A stretch of 59,295 nucleotides of DNA, filler included, from Sphacelaria rigidula (taxonomy: Eukaryota), in assembly GCA_964200075.2 (NCBI GenBank). It is 7 parts of 7 records of this genome, joined end to end, with 100 filler letters (N's around TTAATTAATTAA, not from the genome) between each part and the next. Parts side by side here need not be neighbours in the genome. Positions count along the whole stretch, not along the records: positions 42,428 to 50,811 come from CAXNAA020011314.1; positions 50,912 to 59,295 come from CAXNAA020011315.1; 5 more parts are not named here. The stretch is one strand, 5' to 3'. Each line of letters opens with the position of its first letter. The stretch's first letter is position 1. Shown here piece after piece: positions 50,561 through 59,295 of the stretch. The notes under the pieces were generated by a model. The model did not search any database and was not told the DNA's origin. It saw nothing but the letters and a program-made list of their open reading frames with translations. The translations under genes were made by a program, and so were the position numbers.

Positions 50561-51194
50561 ACTTCGTATTGGAGCCAGCTGGAATGTTAGAGAGTTTCGG
50601 GAAAAAAAAAACAGAACTCAGGGATGAAAGCGAGAACGACTGGATTATTTACGCTTAAACCCCAGGTTTGTTTTATTTATTTTTACCACGTAGGTGTGGA
50701 CCGTGGCCAACTTTTCATTTCAGGGTTTAGTCTTTTCTGTTCCGAATGCCACGTGGTCGGTGTCATGAGTTGAAAAGGTACAAGTCGCGCCGTGCTTTTC
50801 TGCGCTTGTACNNNNNNNNNNNNNNNNNNNNNNNNNNNNNNNNNNNNNNNNNNNNTTAATTAATTAANNNNNNNNNNNNNNNNNNNNNNNNNNNNNNNNN
50901 NNNNNNNNNNNGTGTCCCCTAGCGCGACTCTGTACACGAGTCACCCTACCCATCCGGGCGTCGGCCAAACGGGCGTTCTAACGTACCCTCAGGCTCACTG
51001 GGAATCGAGCCGCATTTTATCCCCATCGGCATAAAAAGTATCGATCAGCCTATTCGACAGCCACATGGACGCAGTTTCATGCCGATCGGCATATATGAGC
51101 CTTGCCCACAAAGAGTATTTAATCCTTACGCACAATCTTATCGAACTGATGTCAATGCCGATCTGCATGGTTATGCGGATCGCCCTGTTCAGCG

Positions 51195-51256
51195 AGCGAA
51201 CAGTTTACCCATTGAACTAGTGAGCGCTCACTGGTCCAATGGGTAAACTGTTCGCT
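51195..51256. repeat. 62-bp loop-less palindrome
   Basis: AGCGAACAGTTTACCCATTGAACTAGTGAGC|GCTCACTGGTCCAATGGGTAAACTGTTCGCT; 29 of 31 pairs match. Confidence 0.92.
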
Positions 51257-52499
51257 TCCTGAGCACGCCCCACTTGGTTAACCCTTTCGCAACTCGCGAA
51301 CAAGAGGACAAACTCCCATGTGCGAGCATTCGCCACCGGGAAACGTCACCTCGAGTTCGGTGCACGAATTAATCTGGCACATTAGTATACTTAAACTTAG
51401 AGTCGTGCACCGTTTTGGCGGGCTGCATCATCAACACTTGCAGAAAAACAACCATATCTTGCCCAAGAAAACGTCAATGGTAAATCGTCATATTTCCATC
51501 AACGGTTCCAAAAGGGTTAAAATGCCCATCGCCCCCCCGCTCCCCCCTACCCCTCAAAAGACCGATGAACATGATGCCACCTCAAGATGCCTCTCGAGAA
51601 AGAACCTCGGCACTAACTTATGCCGATGGGCATAAAAATGAGGGGCTATAACAATGGCTCTTGATGCCTACTGTCTGCCATTTTGGCCAATCGTCATGAA
51701 AAATGTCGACAAGTCGGCATTAAAAGTACAGGTCTGCATACCAATCGGGTTGACAATAATGGGCATTTAAGATAGAGGTCGGCAAAACCACGGCTATGCA
51801 GGCCTTAACTCATACTGCTGTTGTTTTTCTATGGCGATGGAACTGGATTCCGAAGTTGAGACCGTTTTTTACGGGGGTTTTTTTTGCGGGAGAGTGATGC
51901 CGCGATGCCCCCTCCCCCAGAAAAATGGCTGATTCGAGGAAGCAAAATCTTCATAGAAACCAAGATGACAAAAATCGAGAGTCACCGAGCAGTCGGGAAC
52001 TGCCTGTGTCTGGGATCATTTTCGCAAATTTCGCCCATATGAGTGGCTTCATGAAGTGTGAAACCAGCCATCATGTGCTGTATGGTGATTTTCTTCGTGA
52101 CAGCTTGGGGGCTGGTTTCGGGGCGTACTCATTAGTCGCTTGCCTTAGTTGTTTGATCAATGACCACGCATCCCTCCCGAGACGGAGATGGTCTGGGGGG
52201 GGCGGGGGGTCGCGGTATCACTCGGGGGCGTGTTTTCCTCTTTTGGGACGTTCGACAAAGTGTTTGGCCTCTAAACAGATGCTCCAGTCTTGATCCAGAG
52301 CGATTGGACATTTTCCGACCCCGTCCGCTTCGTACATTTGACACAAGCGGGCTTGCGTGGCTCCGCGCCTATACCTCTGCTTCAGATTCGTCACCTTTAG
52401 CTATGATCAGGCGTAGAGGCCTTTCGAAGGTCATCTACAGGCTACTGTAAGATACAGGGTACGCAACGGCGATCGCTGAAGAATACACTATATATGTAT

Positions 52500-53360
52500 A
52501 CATGAATCCTTCAACTTTTTTCGCCACTTTTGCGGAGTTCTCTCTGGCGACAAGGCATTTTTCCCTGCGTTTTTTTTTGCAGCGCACTGAGAAGGCTCAG
52601 CGGTACATTACCGTTCAGGTTTGGGTATCATCTGATACCTGTCGCGCGTGTTCTGGCCACCGAAAGTCGCTCAAACTAGCCCTTTTTCGCGGGGTGTCGA
52701 TCCCGAACCACAAAAGCCTGTTGAACATCATGGAAAACTTCAAACATTATTACTTTTAGCAGGGTATTTTTCCCCCGTGTTTCTCTTTGTCGCATTCCCG
52801 TTCATTTGGGAGCACGAACACATCAGTTGTGCCGCCATTGTCACGAGAACATAAAAGCAAAGCAGTTGAAAACAATTGAGCATTGCCTTGGCCTTAGTCA
52901 GCAGCAAACACAGGACCGTGCAATGGGCCGTTGGCGAGTTGAAAAAGGCACAGCAGCACGGCAGCACTGGAATGTTTTGCCGCAGGAAACAATCACCCTG
53001 TTGGAAAAAAAGGCTCGGTGATGTGGAAGCCACAGTGATAAACAAAAAACATGTCGAGAATGTTCCACGCATTCCAATATTTCGGGACGTGCCTCCTGCT
53101 GTCATGTCTTTGTGGCACGAGAGCTACTTCGCCCTCTGGCACCTCGGGAATACCACACGTGTACTACGGCGGCGGTTCCGCCGCTGGCCTCCGTCCGAAT
53201 TCCCATATTTCCGAACGACATCCGATAACACATGCGATGTTTTGTACAGCCACGATCACTACTACCGTGCATTGAGATACAACAGCCTCTTTCAACCATA
53301 TATTTTCGACTTGCGTCTACCCCGGGAGGCCCGTCCCAACATCCCGAAGGGGAACCTTAC
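52500..53360 (+). repeat. TA-flanked interspersed repeat (copy A, longest) with 3' hairpin; Helitron-like
   Basis: Homologous to 26298-27202 and 28682-29002; bounded by TATA runs; ends ...CGGGAGGCCCGTCCCAACATCCCGAAGGGGAACCTT. Confidence 0.7.
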
Positions 53361-53746
53361 ATATATATATATATATATATCACTTTTATCCGCGAAAATC
53401 TTCAGAGGCAAGCGACTGATGATCCTGCGCTGTTCTGCAGCTCGCAATACGTTGAAGAAGCGGATTCTTATTTTGAAGGCACCGAATGATTCACATTTGT
53501 CCGCCAGTAGAGGGGGAGTACCTCAGGCGAAGCACCTAAAGTGAGTGTGCTAGATACTGAAGGGATACTGAAGGACAAATGCATCCATTTGTGAGAGGAA
53601 TAACTGAAACTGCCCGAAAACAACTGCATGATATTTTTTCGACTCGCTGAGAAGTGGACCCGAAGCAAGCTGGGTTCAACACACTCCAAAGATACGCTAC
53701 ACACAATGATCTTCATTCCCGAACGTACAAGTACAACAAGTGCGGC

Positions 53747-56700
53747 CTACTTGGCCACTTCGCTCCCCTCAGCCTTGAGCTCCGCCCTGGCCTCTCTCAG
53801 CGCATCTGGCGGAAGCTTGGACAGATACAAATCGAGTTTTTCTCTTGTAGCGCCGAGCGCGTTAACCGTGAACTCTAGTGCCTCGGCATTAAGCGTCTTC
53901 ACCATTCCGGTTCTTTTTAGCGATGGGGGGCGTTTTGACAAGGTACGTGAGTACACAACACGGGGGGAAGGGGCGACGGGATCATGGGCAAAAGTTTAGA
54001 GTCATAGCAGCAAATTGGAGCAGAGTGGAAACGTGAGCACGATGTAGTGCGGAACGCTACTGTGCTGTACCCGACGTGTCCTCCTAAAAGCCAAGAAGAC
54101 ATCTGGCGAGGCTCGGTCTCATCGCACAATATTCCTGTTTCATGTACGTCGACAACTGCCAGCACCTACATGAGGCGAAACTTGACAGCATTATTTTGTG
54201 CACCTGACGTTAGGCACTGGCTCGTGATGACTCGTGCCTGATTCGTAGTACTGGGCTGGAATTCAGTGGTGACATTTTTTCAGCTTTGCAGGGTATCTTG
54301 AAGCCGCTGGCGTCCGAGAGGCAACGCCTCATGTTCCAACGAAAGCGCCGCACTAGACGTCACTCACAGCATTACAAAGCCCACCGCATGAAGTCGTTCA
54401 TGCCCATCAGTCCCTTCACCCTAAAGGGTCGTGGGTGACGTCAGCTATCGGTCAAGTAATGTCGACGACCGATCAAAATTTTCAGAGTTTTTCGTGGCCA
54501 ATAAGAAAATTTCATGCCAGCTCATTCTCTGCGTGGGTTTCGCCGGTACAACCACGTAATCTGTTCCATAACACTGTCATGAAACATCCAAGCATACTGC
54601 ACACAACGAATAGCATATACGCCTGTCGGCTGACAATGCAGGCTTCACCGATATTTTGGCGACCATTAACGAACGGGGGCTACCGACATCATCAGCCCAC
54701 TCATGCGTCACGTCGGCACACGCAGCAAGTGCCTATCGTGGCCCTGTTTCTGGACAGAACTACCTGGTTGCCTGGCAGTTAGAATTAACGCAGCAGCTAC
54801 ACGACGGGCTCGCCAATATATCGACGTTACTGTTTACAAACGGCGTTACCTCTCGTCTAGTGTTGCCGGGAAATATTCCGCAGTTTGCGCCAAGAACTCC
54901 AGCGCTTCCCTGCCTGCCGAGTCTGCCACTCTCCGATCCCCGGAGGATTCGATGTACATGGCACCCTGGCGCAGGCTTTCGTCCAGCTTGTAGTTCTTTA
55001 CCAAGCCCTTAACCATACCATTCAGACCCGGCGGCGCACCCTTATTGGTAAGTTCGTCTTCGAGCTGCACAGTGTAAGCAAAACGTTGCAGATTTAGAAA
55101 TAACATGGGGGATGCACCTTAGAATAGAAGTTGGGGTTGGGGCGAGGGGGTGGCGTTGTTCCAGGAGTATTCCACGTATCTGCGTCGTGCGTGAAAAAAA
55201 CTGGGGGTGTAAAAGCTTCTTTTCATTTCGTCGGATTGAGTATTCGCAGGTTTACCCTGCGGTCATGACAGTTCATCAGACATGTCGTGAATAATGTTTC
55301 CGCTGTTTTGTGCTCGGAGTGCAGCTGTTACGCGGATTTCTTAGTTTGCAGGTCGGAGTCCGTGCCGATGTTTCAATATTTATGGGGTAGATGATGCTTG
55401 GAGTGGAATATGCTTGGTCTATTGAGCACCGAATGTGCGTGAATAGTTGAAATGCTTCGACCATCCACGCTGTCAACACGTCCCGCCGGTGGAGTCAAAG
55501 ACATGCGGTGCGGTGCGGTGCGGTGCGGTGCATACTGGTGATTTAGGGTCATGATCTGCTCACTTCGCGATCCATAGTTTCATTACTTTTCTGCACACCC
55601 TGGACAATGGACTACATCGTCGGAAAGTGTACTGCGTACAGTATCGACTATTGGGTCTATTGCAGTAGAAAATATATTCTATAATGTATGAAGTACGCTT
55701 TTTTACAACGGAATCTATTGTCCAGCGTGTGCTTTTCTGTACCATGGAACAGAATGCCACCGGGCGGCGACCACGGGGGGTATCGCGCGGAAGAGCGACA
55801 CACGACATCAAGCGGTGGTGTGAAGGAAACGAGAGATGCAGCACATTGTGTATGCAGCAAGATGAGAGGTGACATACGAGACATGCCTCGATGACGGACG
55901 GGATCGCTGGTGCTCTGCAGAGGGACTGGGACATAAGTGATTCGCCATGAGAAATAGAAGGTGTCAACTGCTCGACCCCTTGCCTACGAAGTAGGGATTT
56001 TGCTAGTGAGTCCGCGTATGCCAATGCCACTGCGAGCGTTTGTGACTTGAAACCAAAGTAAGAACGCTTTTATAGCAGTGATTTCCAAATCTTAGCAGTC
56101 CAAGAGTTCACGTCGCCCTCCGGCAAAGATGTGTATCCTGTCCTGGACCCATCCGGGGTCAAAGGTATCGTAGTCATACTGTGTGATGTTCCGCCTCTTC
56201 ATTTTTGCGATCTCAAGTTTTATCCACAGCAAACTTTTGAATAGCTTGCTGCAAATTGTGTGAACTCTTATCTTCGCGTGAGGTTTGCGAAAGAAGCAGA
56301 TCCACTGCCCACGCACCGCACCGCAGCACCGCATATCGACCACAACACAATACGCGTTCTTTAGGCGAAGGGAATACTAAACCAATGGATTGTTTCACCA
56401 ACAGACTTGGCTCTCCCTCAGTATGGGGCGATCAAAATAACGGCGAAGTCCAAAGCAAACCGGTGCCAAAAAAGATTTTCGATCGGTGCCCGGTGATCTG
56501 TGAACGCCAGCGCGGCGAAGGTGACAATAAAATGTGTAGCATATACACCCGTGGATCATATTTGCTCAAGATTGAACAGGCATACTCTTTTTTATTGCTT
56601 TTCTCCGCGAAAAAATCGAATCGAAAGACGTTATTTTTTTCTGAAGATGATTACGGTACATTGCTCACGAGTGTACTGGGGTTCGTTGCATGGGGTGCTG

Positions 56701-57841
56701 CTAGTGGTGAACCGCTTGTCTGTAAATACTCCTGGTCACGATGGGATGCTACTGCCGCCGACTCCATCTCTCGGATGCGTGTTCGGCGGATTCCCCCCTG
56801 CCGTAGACTGTGTGTCCTCGACACGGTTGCGACCCACCTGTTTTGCAATGGAAGCCCGCAGCCTATTATAGAGGGTAGCTTTGCTGTCAACAGAGATTCC
56901 GGAAAGATACGCAATTGGGGCGGGTTGTCAAGATCCAATATCCTGGATCATGACGTTGCCAGCTTGATTCACAAATCCTGCAGAACCAAGCTCGCGCGCG
57001 TCCTCGACATTCAACATCACTACCTGTGGCCACCGCCTACATCGTTGTTCAGTGCAGTCGTATAAATGCCATCGTTGTTTCTTATGGTGCCTACTGTTCC
57101 TCGATATCAACACGAGCTACTCGCTCTTGATCACACGATTTTTGGTTTCTTGTTCCTGTTCCCTGTTTTCGGCGCAAAGAAATACGAACGTTTTTGCCAT
57201 CGATTGCGCACATTGCAGATGGGTCAGGACGCCATGGGTCAGAGCAGACGGTGACCTCGAGAGCCAAAATATCAGCCACCTGGGTAGCAAAAGCCTCGTT
57301 GCACGCAAGATTAATCCCCTGCTGTTTGAAACACAAGGACACACACCTGCTTCGTCGAAACACGCACACGCTCGACGTTCAGCACGCAGTCGCGAAGCGG
57401 CTTGGTCGCTTTCCCGCCCCCTCCTCCTGCCCCCGGGTGCAACACTTCCGATACGTCTATACCTCGGATATCGATGCCACCGATCTCCGTCGCACCAGCC
57501 CGTTCGCTGCTGCCGACCACTGCCCAACCTACCGCAACGGCGGCGACACTACGGGCACCTTGCGCCAAGAATGATCCACGAGAAAAAGACGATGATAATG
57601 ATGTTGGTGGGGCAACCTCCCTTCCTTCATCTTCACTGGTCGTGGTTGACATCGTGGCAGTGCGGCAGGCGGTACGACGGATGACAGCACGAGACGTCGA
57701 TGCCGCTGTTGTTGACGATGGTGCAGACGGCACGACGAGGAATCCGTCGCATGATGTGTACGATGGCGGCATGAGCACCAGCAGGGTCAGGCTGGCTGCC
57801 GCCGCTGCTGCTGTCGCTCGCCACGCACCAGCAGGCTGCAT
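53747..57841 (-). CDS. Plastid-targeted, probable thylakoid-lumen protein of unknown function (helical C-terminus, possibly PsbQ-like fold), 3 exons, 291 aa
   Basis: Exons 57841-57347, 55064-54850, 53912-53747; GT-AG introns, consistent phases, total 876 nt ending in TAG. Signal peptide with CDG-F motif, Ser/Thr/Arg-rich transit peptide, second hydrophobic segment SRGSFL...AAVAVGWAVVG...AGA-T. Fold assignment is inference. Confidence 0.85.
55505..55531 (+). repeat. (GCGGT)n pentanucleotide microsatellite in intron
   Basis: Five tandem copies. Confidence 0.85.
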
Positions 57842-58361
57842 GTTGAACTACAGCTTGGTGTTGGTGTCGTGCCCTCTCTTAGTCTACTTCAGTGCTCGTG
57901 AGCACCGGAAACTACCACCTTCGCTGACGGTGTTGGTCGATCCTTGAACGTCCACACTTCACTTGAGGTTCAACGTGTGCCCCACCGAAATGTATCCTAC
58001 AGAGAGGGAGAAGAGGTGCAACGTCTAGCGAGGTAAATAAGTCAAACGGCGTGCGTAGGCTCAGTCGTCGATACTCTCTGTGTCGAGCATGGGATCGAAG
58101 CTTGATCGAAGACCAAGCGCCTCATGATTGTAAGAAGACTTTCTGTATGCGTCACTCTGTTGTAGGAAGACCCATACGTACGTATGCTCTTTCTCTTGCT
58201 CCGTGCTGTTGTTGGGCACGAACACCCGAGCAACAATACACACGCGAAGGGGAGGGGCAATCCACGGGCGTTGTGCCAGATAGACTAGGTGCAGTGAAGC
58301 AAACGCTCCGTGCATTGTAAACGCAGGCGCATCAATAAACAACATCATCCCACACAAAACC

Positions 58362-58481
58362 ATGGTGTACAAGTCTCTCTTGACTGCGCTGGCGTGCATG
58401 TCTGCCGCCGACGCATTTGGGCTCGGCGGTGCGCCCACCGCTGGGGCGACATACCGGGGGGCTGTCTCGGGGGCATCTCAG
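58362..58481 (+). CDS. First exon of a divergent, probably plastid-targeted gene (remainder not identified in the window)
   Basis: ACCATGG start; MVYKSLLTALACMSAADAFGLGGAPTAGATYRGAVSGASQ with signal peptide and ADA-F motif; strong donor CAG|GTACGT. Confidence 0.75.
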
Positions 58482-59295
58482 GTACGTGCAACTTGGTAGA
58501 CCGAAAAGGATCTCATTCAACCCTACCGCTGTAGCCCTACGCCTGACGCACTTCCACCGGCCATCTCGTGGCTGGGTCACACGTATCTGACTGTCGGCTT
58601 GTAGCATGTCCCGTCTGGGTATTGCGCATTTTACAGAAGAAACGGGCGGTGTTGGGTGCAGGTTGCTGGGTCCGTCTAGGGGCCTTGATGTGTGGTCCTT
58701 GCATGTGGATTAGAGGGACGGGGGCGGGTGGGAGGGTTCATCCATTCTCTGCACTACCATCTCGTGAACATTTTCTCCGCTTTTGATGATGGTGTGATCC
58801 CCTCTGCATGTGAAACAACATGTGGGTTCATGTTCGCAACCGCTACCGTGCGGTTGTCATGTAATGATACCCTGGTATTCTGTCGCGAGATACATGTGTC
58901 TGTATTATTTACCACTACTGTATCTGTGATGAAAAAATATGCTCCGAGATCGGAAGAGGGGACGCATTCTGCTTTTCCGCAAGGGCAACCGTGCCGCGAG
59001 TCAGACAGAGTAGTCATTTGAAATCCACGCGCGTGCAGAGAGGCTGTGCCGCATTGTACCTATGCCACCCCACCTGAAGTTTGCCATCCTGAGGGTCTCG
59101 GTTGGGTTCCGGCCAGTAGTCATACTCAGCCCAGTTCACCTTCTGTACCTACAAGTGAGCAGACCATGAGGTGATGAGGACCGAGGCCCGGATGGGTAGG
59201 GTGACTCGTGTACAGAGTCGAGGTAGGGGACATTGTAGGAAGTTTGGTCGGTGAGGGACATTTTTGTTTCACGTCCCAAGTCCGACACTACCTGG

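Noticed and set aside
56256-57684. Long plus-strand ORFs (269 and 210 aa)
   Set aside because: They lie antisense to intron 1 and exon 1 of the lumen-protein gene and show no recognisable motifs.

Overview
This is not one contiguous locus. It is seven separate ~8.4-kb contigs (1-8386, 8487-16872, 16973-25357, 25458-33842, 33943-42327, 42428-50811, 50912-59295; lengths 8386, 8386, 8385, 8385, 8385, 8384, 8384) joined by identical 100-nt N44-TTAATTAATTAA-N44 linkers and evidently sorted by length, so adjacency across linkers carries no meaning. The DNA is eukaryotic, from a photosynthetic stramenopile and most likely a brown alga (inferred from intron-rich genes with bipartite ASAFAP-type plastid signals and an LHC/FCP gene). 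Host genes I could reconstruct by hand: a complete 5-exon light-harvesting (LHC/FCP) gene, a complete 3-exon gene for a probable thylakoid-lumen protein, and the first exons of two divergently oriented neighbours. Most of the rest is decayed transposable elements: an RT-deleted chromodomain Gypsy LTR element, three LINE remnants (one with an internal inversion of the RT core), hAT, Tourist and palindromic MITEs with verifiable TSDs, a tRNA-derived SINE split by a hAT derivative, and a possible Plavaka-like relic. Two structures stand out. The first is a ~3.5-kb element with 126-bp perfect inverted repeats that carries arrays of a 42-43-bp periodic unit TATTG-N6-CAATATATATTG-N~19 with non-repeating spacers, and has a second, shorter copy on another contig. 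The second is a ~70-nt unit found 7 times on 4 unrelated contigs, almost always next to G-runs and once visibly inserted inside a poly(G) tract.
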